Position numbers and translations under genes: made by a program. A model generated the notes under the pieces. The model was not told the origin of the DNA. It ran no database searches and worked only from the letters and a program-made list of their open reading frames with translations. From assembly GCA_013265495.1 (NCBI GenBank), contig MU058531.1, positions 368,325-388,324 on the forward strand: 20,000 bases of DNA, in the 5' to 3' direction. Position 1 is the stretch's first letter. Each line of letters opens with the position of its first letter. Below are positions 1 to 9,739 of the stretch, one piece after another. The stretch comes from Vicugna vicugna. Its lineage: Eukaryota.

Positions 1-554
1 CTCTTGTTCCATCATGGCCAAGATGTTTAGAGAGCTTCATTGTATTTGTGACTCATATTTTCCAGTTTTTAACTGAATTTGCTTTTAATCTGGCCAGGGA
101 CTTCTTCAAGCCAGCTTAGTTACTACTTCATAGCAAACCTCTGTGTAACGCTTTCCCTGTACCCTAATCCCTTCCTGCCTTTTCAATTCACAGTACATTG
201 CTAAACAGTCTCATTTTCTGGTTTGCTTCTTGGGTTCTGCTTTTACTATTACTGTTTTTCAGGGAGATCTTTGGAGTAGAGGAGTAGTGGGTCAGGTGAG
301 GTAGATAATCACTTTTCAACGTGGCTTTGTTGAGCAGTCACATGGGCCTTCCACTACTGTGAGTTTTTCTTTTCTTTGAAGTGTAAGTGATTATTTCAAA
401 TTCTGAAATCTACAAATCTGCAAATGTAAAGTTAGTGTTCTTCATATTAATAAAAAAAAAGTACACCTTAATACATGTTCGTCATGAGCAAATGTAGAGA
501 AAACGGAGTGTCAGGCTCCCTCCGCAGATGTCAGTGCCCAGCAGTGCTTAGCAG

Positions 555-720
555 TGCTATCCCGCATGCGCAGTACCCTTGTGTTGTTATGTAAAGGTGA
601 CTTGCGCTGCGCAAGCGCAATGGGTAGCCCACGTGATTCGCGTAGTTGGCTAGGTGCCGGCTTTCGCCTTGCTATATAAGGCGGGCGGGACGTGGCTGCC
701 GCGGTCCACCGCCATCGCAG
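555..720 (+). promoter_or_regulatory. CpG-rich RNA Pol II promoter with TATA box
   Basis: CpGs are dense at ~560-850 in an otherwise CpG-poor window. Motifs: NRF1-like CCGCATGCGCA (562-572) and TGCGCAAGCGCA (608-619), E-box CACGTG (630-635), TATATAAG (673-680), GC box GGGCGGG (683-689). TATA spacing predicts a TSS near 703-712. Confidence 0.8.
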
Positions 721-845
721 TCCGGTGTGGCCGCTCCGCAGTAACAGCGTGTCAGATACCTCCGGCTCCGCCCGTGTTCTCCGGTCTGTCCGAATCCGCG
801 AACCTGCCAGCCCGCCGGCGTCTCGAGCGCCGGCAATACAGCAAG
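705..845 (+). other. Putative first exon (no ATG; probably non-coding)
   Basis: GC-rich segment starting ~30 bp after the TATA box and ending at donor AAG|GTAAAG (845/846), where GC content drops. Confidence 0.6.
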
Positions 846-864
846 GTAAAGTGACAGATACCTC

Positions 865-1397
865 GTACCTTATCTGTTTGAACCCTTCAAGAACTTAATG
901 AGATAGCTGTTACCCCCTTTAGTGGGAAGAGAAACTGGCTCAGAAAAGGTAGCTACTTGACGGTCGGGCCGGGCCGTTCAAGGTGGCTGTTCTCGGGCTC
1001 TCTGGATATCCTCCGCTAGACCAGGCCCTGCTTCACTCACATGACTATCCAATCTTCTTAATTACAGGGCTTAATCAGTAACTCCCTACTTGCTTGGCTC
1101 CCCCCGCCCCACCCCACTGGTTTCCCTGGTAACTGATGAGCCTACCTGATGTCAATACCCCCTGTAAACGGAGCAGTAGTAAGGACTGCTGCCGTGGCGG
1201 GCCAGCCTGCCTGCCGGCCGTCCATCTACAGTGGGTTGTCGCTCCAGGACCTGTGTTTTAGGCGTGTAAAATCCCCTGTCCTGTACACTGTTGATGTATC
1301 TGTCTCTGCCGGCTCTTTCTTCCGTCTCCTGGCTGGGCAACTCCAAGACTTGCAGCCCAATGGATACTTTATCTAAGGTAAGTGGCAAAGCAGACAC
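865..1397 (-). mobile_element. MIR SINE split by an LTR insertion (pieces ~865-957 and ~1363-1397)
   Basis: 865-957 resembles the antisense MIR core (TTATCT..AACCCT..ATGAGATAG..TTACCCCCTTT..GAAACTGGCTCAGAAAAGGT). The match resumes after the LTR as GTAAGTGGCAAAGC. Confidence 0.6.
958..1362 (+). mobile_element. Solo LTR, probably ERV1 class
   Basis: Resembles a recalled laurasiatherian LTR consensus (CCCTGGTAACTGATGAGCC..TGATGTCAAT..GTCGCTCCAGGACC..GGCTCTTTCTTC..GCTGGGCAA..TGCAGCCCAA). About 400 bp and interrupts a MIR. Ends approximate. Confidence 0.6.
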
Positions 1398-1411
1398 ATC
1401 TATTTTTGTAC

Positions 1412-1846
1412 CTTTTTAAAAGATTGAAGTATAGTGGATTTACAATATTGTGTTAATTTCAACTGTACAGTAAAGTGATTCAGTTATATGCTTTCATATT
1501 TTCATTGTAGGTTATTACAAGATATTGAATATAGTTCTCTGTGCTATGCCGTAAATCCTTGTTGCTAATCTGTTTTATGTATAGTAGTTTGTATCTATTA
1601 ATCCCATACTTCTAATCCCTCCCTTCACCTTTGGCAATTTTGTAAATTTGTTTTCTGTGAGTCTGTTTTGCATATTATCTTTTAAATTCGACGTATAAAT
1701 GATATATAATACTTGTTTTCCTTTGTCTGACTTACTTCATTTAGAATGATAATCTCTAGGTCCATCTGTGTTGCTGCAAATGGCAATATTTCATTCGTTT
1801 TTATGGCTGAGTAGTAGTCCTGTATGCGTGTGCGTGCACGCACATG
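1412..1846 (-). mobile_element. L1 3' end (artiodactyl-type), first piece
   Basis: Antisense L1 3' UTR (TTGAAGTATAGT..TTACAATATTGTGTTA..TTGAATATAGTT..CTGTGCTAT). The ORF2 C-terminus YYSAIKTNEILPFAATQMDLEIIILNEVSQTKENKY is in ORF 1682..1939. Confidence 0.92.
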
Positions 1847-2188
1847 CTTTGAAAATTTAATGAGATAGCTGTTACTTCCATTTAGTAGGAAGAGAAACAG
1901 GTTCAGAAAAGGTAGATACTTGACGGTCAGGCCGTTCAAGGTGGCTGTTCTCAGGCTCTCTGGATAGCCTCTGCTCGACCAGGCCTGCTTTATTCACATG
2001 ACTATCCAATCTTCTTAATTATAGGGCTTAATCAGTAGCTGCCTACTTGCTTGGCTCCCTGTGCCCTGCCCTCACTGTTTTCCCTGGTAACTGATGAGCC
2101 AGTCTGATGTCAATCCCTCTATAAATGGTAGCTTTCCTCTCCAAGGAGTGGTAGTGAGGATTGCTGCCATGGCTGGCTGGCCTGCCTG
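1847..2188 (+). repeat. Direct duplicate of ~885-1213 (MIR/LTR junction) embedded in the L1
   Basis: Alignable by eye, e.g. TTAATGAGATAGCTGTTAC, GGCCGTTCAAGGTGGCTGTTCTC, CACATGACTATCCAATCTTCTTAATTA, TTTCCCTGGTAACTGATGAGCC occur in both copies. Confidence 0.97.
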
Positions 2189-2194
2189 ATGTCA

Positions 2195-2880
2195 GTTCCC
2201 TTTTAGGGCTCTTTTTTCTCCACAGCCTCTCGGCATTTATTATTTGTAGACTTTCTGACTGGTGTGAAATGATACCTGCTTATGATTTGCATTTCTCTAA
2301 TAGGGAAGTTGAGCATCTGTTTATGTACCTGTTGGCCAACAGTATGTCTTCTTTGGAGAGCTGTCTATTTAGGTCTCATGCCCAATTTTTGATAGGTTTT
2401 TTTTTTGATATTGAGTTGTATGAGCTGTTTTTATATTTTGGATTTTAATCCCTTGTTGCCTTTTGTTGATGTTTTCCTTTGCTCTGCAAAAGCTTTTAAA
2501 TGATTAGGTCCCATTAATTTATTTTTGCTTTTAATTCTTTTGCCTTGGGAGATTGGACTTAAAAAAATATTGGTATGATTTATGTCCAAGAATGTTTTAC
2601 CTGTGTTCTGTTCTAGGAGTTTTATGGTGTCATATCTTATATTTAGGTCTTTAAACCACTTCGAGTTTAATTTTCTGTATGGTGTGAGGTTGTGTTCAAA
2701 TTTCACTGATGTACATGTAGCTGTCCAGCTTTTTCACCACTTGCTGAAGAGACTGTCTTTTCTTCATTGTTATGTCCTTGCCTTCTTTGTCATAGATTGA
2801 ATCTAGGTTTGTGGTTTTATTTCTGTGCTCTCTATTCTATTCCATTGATCTCTCTGTTTTTTTGTACCAATACCACAGTA
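2195..2880 (-). mobile_element. L1 ORF2 remnant, second piece of the same 5'-truncated L1
   Basis: ORF 2431..2706 (LTPYRKLNSKWFKDLNIRYDTIKLLEQNTGKTFLDI) is a recognisable L1 ORF2p C-terminal segment, frameshifted. Confidence 0.95.
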
Positions 2881-3132
2881 AAATCTTGATATTAGATTTG
2901 TTTACTATTATGAAAGTCTAGTACTGAGCTGTGGAATATTATCGATTCTGTGTATTTTTCTGTGGGATTAACGAGCTAAAAGAGACCAAAGCATGTGGAT
3001 ATCTCTCTCTGAGTGTAAGTTAGGTGCGGTGACCAGACAGTAATGGAACACTGAGATGCCAATTCTTCTGATTCTTCCATAAAAGACTTGCTAGTTGACT
3101 ATAAATGCTTAAGCTGAAGTCCTTGATCTCAG

Positions 3133-4980
3133 ACATGGAGATACCAGATATGTTAAGCAGGTTATGGCACCCCTGCATGGACCTTGAACAGAGAATGGTG
3201 ATACTACAGTTATTCTGGAATAAAGATTGAGAGTCCCCACATGAAAGTGATGCCAGTGAACTTTGACTAATGAAATACCCTAGCATCTTAGCACAGATAC
3301 AGAAAGCTAGCCAACTCCTCTTGGAAATCAACGTTGCAGAAGGAGACAGTAGAAAGAAGAAAGCAGGCAGCTCTTAGGCCCTGGGGGTCTCACTCAAGTG
3401 AGCAGGTCACAGGTGTAAGGGGCTGGTGTAGCTGAGAGGCAGAGATGCAGTGAAATTGCTCTCCAAGGTGAAATAGTCAAATTCTACTCGGTGAGAAGGC
3501 TGTAGCAATAATGAATCCACAATGGACCATTATCTCAACTTTTTCAGGTAAGTGGTACTTATGCAGAGGTTGAGGGATCAAAGTCAAGGCTCTGGCCCAA
3601 AGGAAATTTAGGGATACTTGGGGGAGGGGGTGAGTTGGAACTTGGGTATAGGGATCAGACAGAAGCATTGACTAAACCAAAGGCAGAGGCTGGAGAATTG
3701 AGGATGGTTTGAGGTCCAGCAACATGGGAGGCTCACAGATGCGGGATAGTCATGCCTGGGGCTCTATTCCTTGTTCTAACTGTTAAAAGGGACTTGGGGA
3801 GCAGTCTAGAATCATACTTCTTATCATTGGCGTACTCATCTTGAGTTTTGGAGTGACTCATATGATCTGCATATATATACATACAGATGTGTATGTATAT
3901 ATAATCTGTACGTATACAGGTAGCTTTGTGATTGGATTAGTCAGTGACTGGGACAAGGTAAGATTTTGGGAAGATCTATCATTGGCCAAGCTGTGGTCAG
4001 CCAGTCAAGGCTACAAAGAAATAGGGAGGAGGCTTGTCTGGACTCCATGAAGGACAATGTAGACCTAGATATAGGGTCCTATCCCAGCAAGATATACCTG
4101 TCTACCCAGCAGGGAGTGCCTGGTGGATGCTCAGAGAATATGTGGGTTTATTTTCAGAGCTGCTCCTCTTCTCCTATTTGTATCTTGTCTTCTATTTCCT
4201 TGTTTTCAGTTCCATTCTATCTCCACTCTTGGTTCTGTGCCTTTCTTTTCCCAGAACTTTTTTTGGCCTTTGAACTTAGGTTTCTGATATCTTTTCTCTG
4301 ACAAGTCCTCTTCATTAATGAGCCCTAGTTCATGTGGACCTAGACCTCCCACAAACATTTACTGCTTTGTCATGCAGACTCGAATGGTAGGACCCAATTC
4401 TGTGAATGGACTTGGGAAAGATAGTAGTTGTTGATACTGCTGAACAATTCCATTGTCTCTGGACCGTTCCTCTCCTGGCTTATCAGTACACTTGATAGAG
4501 CAATATTTGACAGAGCAGTATTTCATCAAGTATGTTCCATAGCATGCTGGTCCTTCTGTGAACATACATATTTGGGAAGCAAATACCCTTCTCTGGAGGA
4601 CATACCAGGAGTATGGGCACACTAAAGGCTCTGAGAAGTCCTTCAGGAAATGAAACTCTCCAAAGACAAAAATGTTTCCCAAAGTTGCTTGTTCTGATAC
4701 CTAAAAACAATTTCACAGACACAGTGTTCCAAAGAACAGATTTGGGGAAATGCTGTCACAGAGCAGAGTTTGTGCTGGGTTTTCTGCTTAAGTTGTTACG
4801 CTAAGTGAGATCTACTGATAGTCATCAGCTCTAGCAGAGAACAGAATGTCCTCTGCAAGTATTTTCTCTCGATGCAGCATTCCCATGACCACCAAATCCC
4901 TTTTGTACCTGTATGGGAGGTTTCTGAAAGTTCTATTTGTGATTACCTCTCATTAGGGGGAGAACAAATGAAAACAGTCA
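3133..4980 (+). pseudogene. Possible heavily decayed KRAB zinc-finger pseudogene (KRAB-A ~3133-3230, KRAB-B ~4075-4146, last exon 4378-~4980)
   Basis: KRAB-A-like: WHPCMDLEQRM----VILQLFWN vs consensus [22 protein letters not shown]. KRAB-B-like: ag|GG TCC.. gives (G)SYPSKIYLSTQ--QGVP vs GFPVSKPDVISQLEQGEEPW. Last exon: acceptor tttgtcatgcag|ACTCG at 4377/4378 in phase 1, then SWLISTLDRA, YGHTKGSEKSFR and DLGKCCHR-like remnants with many stops. Manual alignment only. Confidence 0.45.
3480..4050. mobile_element. Probable LTR remnant containing an AT/CA simple repeat
   Basis: Repeated ATTGG (CCAAT on the minus strand) at ~3827, ~3931 and ~3981, with LTR-like composition. Family and boundaries not established. 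Confidence 0.3.
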
Positions 4981-6510
4981 CCCTTCAGAATATTATTCAA
5001 AGATGATTTTTGTCTTGAGAAAGAAGTAAAATGTGTACTGAGCTTATTTTAATTAGAAATGCACAATAGAGTAGAAATAACTGTGTACTGCTTAACATGC
5101 CCTGGTCATAAAAATGTTGGTTCTTAGAATTCGTGAATTTCTCATGAAGGAAGATACAGCTGTTCAGCTAGTAATCGTTAAGCCTCCACTTCTATTAGTG
5201 GGACACTGAAAGCCAATGAAAAGTAATCCCTTTTCTATTGTAATCTCAGGGGAAGGGTGTTCTTGAGTTATAGATGGGCAGTAATACAAGGTACTGACAG
5301 GGCATTATGTAGACAATTCCTGAGCTGTATTCACAAGTCTGGGGCTGCTGGGTTTTGTGGAATGCAGTTGCATCTTTTATGCTTGTAACCCTTAGGTGCT
5401 CAAACTCCAAAAACAATATGAAAGAGGGTGGAAGTGGAACTCAGGAGAAACGTAATTTCGTAGTGCTGGTGATTCTGTGGCCCATTGCACTCAGTGAGTG
5501 TAAGCCTGGGAGAAGGAATGAATGGGAGTGCGTGTAAGCCCGCGGGGAAGGATGTGAATCTGCTTTTCCCTCATTTCCTCGAGTGCCTCTTCAAGCATGA
5601 GTGTGCTACTGCATTGGGGATGATTTTAATGGTGAGTGATCTGCATTCCTCATGAAGATGGCTTCCAAACACAAGCTGGTTGCTTCAACTGGAGCTCAGC
5701 TGAAGAATGTGGGTTTGTTCTCTTGGATTTATTAAGAGATTGTACATCAACAAAGTAGTGCCTTTCCAAGGGATTTTCAAGGATAATTTGGCTGTATGCA
5801 ATTTTTACCCTGTGCATAGACTTTAGAGTGAACTCCATAGGAGAGAAGACCCTGGTGAACTCAGATTCTTGCTCTCTTGCTCTAAGTGAGTCTTCATCCT
5901 GTTTCTCTGATTCTGCTTCTCAAGCAGGAGCCTTGTTGTGGGAGAGGGAAACTGAGTCAAGTTTCAGGAAGAGTCATGGGAGATGCATTTGTCACCAGCC
6001 ATGTATGTTCTAAGGAAGAGAACGACCTGGCTGTACAGGTACCCTTTCCTGGGACAGGCGTGGGGTTATGGTGAACATGGGAATTTGGTACCACTTTCTC
6101 CTTTGTTTACTATGCACAGTAAAATTTATCTTTTATAAACTGCTTGATTCAGGCACATGGCTTGGATTGGGAGGACTGTGGTAAACAGTTTGCACCATCA
6201 TAACTCTTCCAGCTAACTTAAGTACGATTATACAAGAGCTGGCAGTGTAAGCCCATTCATTTTTGTGTAGAACTCTATAGAAACCGAAATAAAAATTTAA
6301 TCCTATTAATAAAAACAACCAACCAACGATAACATATTTGTCTAGCACTTTGAAAATGTCAGGTTGATTCACAGTTGTAACGTTACTATAATTCACCCTG
6401 GTGGGAACTACTTATAACAGTAAAACAGATTGCAGTGACTCCAAAATAAATGGTTGTGTGTGTCTACATACATCTACTGGCCATGGGCACAGATGGTTGT
6501 GTCATTGTAT

Positions 6511-6890
6511 TGTTGATCTATAACAAATAGATGGCCAGTTATTTCTCAAGGGAAAAGGGGTTTATTCAAGACCAGCAAAGAACTGCAATTCAGAGTCTGC
6601 AACCATGGGGAATCATGTGTCAGTCCCTCAGACAGCAAGGGGAGAGCTCTTTTACAGAGGGGTAAAGGAGCTAGGAAGGCTGTAGTAACAGAGTCCATTG
6701 GAGGAATTGAGAGTTCAAAGCATAGTGGCTTTTCATTGGCTGACTTGTGACAGCCTCTTATTGGCTGAGCTCTTGCTGGGCAAGAAGGGGAGGTTTCTCT
6801 TCCTATTGGGCTCTGCTATCATCATCTGGCATGAGAGCTTCCTTTTTGGCCTCTTAACTATTTTAATTGAGGTCTTTATTAATTTTTATA
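6511..6890 (-). mobile_element. Complete solo LTR (ERV1 class) with 4-bp target-site duplication
   Basis: Begins TGTTG, ends TTTTATA (decayed ..CA) and is flanked by GTAT at 6507-6510 and 6891-6894. TTTATT at 6561 gives a minus-strand polyA signal. Several ATTGG/CCAAT boxes. Confidence 0.85.
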
Positions 6891-7974
6891 GTATGCAATA
6901 GGCAGTCATTTGTATTGATTGAGTGCTTTAAAGTATGAAGTTTCTTTGCAGAGATGCACAAGAAACAGTGGTTATTTCTGGGGAGGAGGTTTAGGAGGAT
7001 TGGGGGGGGATGTTTGGATTTTTTTTTTTCTATTACATGCATATACCCCTGGTTAAAAAACACAACAAAACTATGGGTGGAACCAACCTTTTGATGGTGC
7101 TAAGCCACCAGAATAGGGAGGGGAAGGCCCAGGAGCTGGGATGCCAAACAGTCATGATTCCTAGAGAAACTGACACATCCCACTGTGGCTGTTGGAGCCC
7201 CAAGAAGACTTTCTGGGCCAGGGGCATGTGTTGCCAAGAAGCCTATTAGCAATAGGTAATGTGGGTCCATTCCTGGACTCCCCCAAGCAGAAGATCTGAG
7301 GGGTACCAGGAAGAAAACCCCTTTCTCCTAGCTTTTATCTTTGTCTTGATAACAGAAAGTAATGACCTGCAAATTTAGGTCCATGCCCAGAACTGTCATG
7401 ATGGGCTTGAATTTTCTCATCTTTCATCTCTCCTTTCCTTGCCCTTTGTAAGATGGAGGAGTTAGCAGTACAATGGATGTTGTGTGGTGTGGGAGGGGGC
7501 ACAAAGTAGAGAACCAAGAAGCACAGGGGTTCCTGGAGCTGATGGTGCCCAGTGACCCCTCTCTGGGTGGGCAGTTCTCTTGGCCAGTCTGCATTTATTT
7601 GATTCTTCTGAAAGAATAGCATCTTGGTCACTTTTCACCTTGATAGATTTCTCTTTTTGCCGTCTTTGCAGATCTGTCTTCACTGAACGTCTGTGATGTT
7701 AACGCTGTTATTTCTTTCGGACACTTTTTTTTTTCAGGCAGATATTCAGAAAGCTGAAATTCTGTTTTGGGCCTTTTTGATGATTGATTGAACTTGCCTT
7801 CAGATTCCACTCTCAGTTTCTACCTATTCTCTTCAGTGTTGAAGTTGGGACTGTGTCGAGGAGAGGAGTGTGAAAGGTGTGTCTCCACACTCTGTGGACG
7901 GAACTGGGTCTTCTGTTTCTTTGGAAAACCCAAACTAATACAGGCTCCTACCATCCCATCGTCCCACAGAGACT

Positions 7975-8230
7975 GGGAGACAGGGATGCTATCTTCTTTG
8001 ATGATTATGTTTTAAAGGAATGGCTCCCAGGTTCTTGAGACAGACATCCCTGAGTTGCAAAACTGGCAAAAGGCTGGGAGACGATTTACATCTCAACGAG
8101 GTAGAAAAATAATTTATAATTGCAAGTTTTCTGAAGTAAATGCTCTAAGGAAAGGGAGGTCAAGGGTCTAGACTCAGGAAAAATCCCAAAGCTTTGTCAA
8201 GACGAGAAGATTAAGGTCATCTTTGTTACC
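7975..8230 (-). mobile_element. MER34/MER39-family ERV1 LTR fragment
   Basis: Close to the recalled consensus GGAGACAGGG.TGCTATCTTC.TTGATGATTA..TT..AAAGG.ATGGCTCCCAGGT.CTTGAGA.AGACAT..TTGCAAGTTTTCT.AAGTAAATGCTCTAAG. Confidence 0.8.
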
Positions 8231-9064
8231 TGTCAGGGACTGTGAGATTCAGAACTGTATGTGGGTATCAATAGCAGAAGGCATATAATTTTTACATAGT
8301 ATTTTCAAAATGATTTTGCACTTAAAAATGTTGTTAGATAACTGCCATGAACAAGAACTTGGTTTCTCCTGAGCAAAAGTAATTAACCTAAATAAGCTAA
8401 AGCAGTTTATTAACGTTCATTTGTGAACCAGGCCTTGTTTATGAAATTGATTTGATTGGCTATCTTGTGACATTTGTCCTGGGTGTCAACATTGCAGTTT
8501 ATGGCTCTATAGAGGGTGTGATAGTAAATAAGCCGGATGAGATATGTGCCTGCCTAGTGGGGTGATACAACATAGTGAATATGAAAGCATCTGGCAAAGT
8601 GTCTTACATGAGATGTCCTCAAAAAATGTTGTTGAAAGTGAAAATTGGACTTGTTCCCATTTCCTGGTCCCAGACAGAGTGCCCGATGGTATTTTATCCC
8701 CGCAAGTATTTCTGCCAGAGGCTTGCAATCCTGTGTTCTTAGCATCTTCAGATGAGAAATTGCTATTCCTTCTGTGCCATCAGATCTCCAGGGATTACAC
8801 GTGTTACGGGGAGGAACTCGAGGACATCTGGGGATGGTTTGAAACTGGTGGGCAGTGGGGAGATATGTGAGGGAGTAAAGAAATGACGGAACAGCAAGAG
8901 GGGGGATTTTAGGAAAAAATTTTTAGGAGCAGGGAGCAGGAGATGACAGGAATAGACAGCAGCCACCCACCGAACGTGCAGAGAGCTTTCTGCCCTGCCT
9001 CATGGCACGGAGGTGGGAGGAGAAGGCTAAGTTCTGGCAAGAATCCTCTGACCACTCCAGGTTT

Positions 9065-9260
9065 GCATAGCAGTTAAAAGCGGGGACTTAAAGGATAGAA
9101 CCATCTGCTTGCATTCTGACTCCAGCAGCCGGCTGTGTGACTTAGTGTGTATTATTCCACCTTAGTGTCGTTGACAAAAGAAGGATAATTACGTATACCT
9201 CATTTGTGGGCGTTAAATGGGATGTGTATAAACGCTGAGCACAGTGGTAGGTACAGTTGG
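9065..9260 (+). mobile_element. MIR SINE (degenerate)
   Basis: GCATAGCAGTTAAAAGC..GCTGTGTGACTT..GGATAAT..TACCTCAT..TTAAATG..GCTGAGCACAGTG follows the MIR consensus order. Confidence 0.6.
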
Positions 9261-9739
9261 GCCAAAACCAAATACTAAAAGCGGGGACAGGACTGGGAAA
9301 TGCCAGCTTCCCCTGAGGAGGTTTTCAGAGGGCCTCCCTGCCAGTGCTTAAGCTGCCCCTACTTGCAGTCTCTGGGCTAAGAATGAAACTCATTAAAGCA
9401 AATTCTCTTTTGAGGAGAGGGCAGAGGAGAGGGTTTTGAACGAGCCAGTTGACAGTGTTATGAGAAAGCAGAAAGTGTGGGCCTGCTGTAGCCAGCTAAC
9501 TGGCTGAGGGTTTGTTTTGCACCTCTGATTATTCATTTTTTTGTGATTCAGAAATTGCCTAAATGTTTTAATTATGTTCCTTTCATTGTATTTTAATGAG
9601 CTAATGAATTCTTTCATCCATTTTTTAATCCTACAATGGGCCAATAATTATAACACCCAGATAATCTTTGAAAATTGCCAGGAATCAAAATTCAGTCGTG
9701 TTCTTTCCTGGGTATTAAAATGAATGTGCTAATTTCGTT

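Noticed and set aside
263..295. 33-nt micro-exon (ttttcag|..CAG|GTGAGG) upstream of the promoter
   Set aside because: It lies upstream of the predicted TSS in sequence resembling a decayed L1 5' end; no other support.
617..633. ER-stress element (CCAAT-N9-CCACG)
   Set aside because: The sequence is GCAAT-N7-CCACG, with the wrong spacing and first base.
3100..3200. TRIM coiled-coil-like peptide LKSLISDMEIPDMLSR
   Set aside because: A short generic helical match with no RING, B-box or SPRY remnants nearby. The KRAB-A reading fits the context better.
7462..7810. Lys/Glu-rich minus-strand ORFs as a processed pseudogene
   Set aside because: No protein recognised and no poly(A) or TSD. The bias is explained by T-rich plus-strand tracts.
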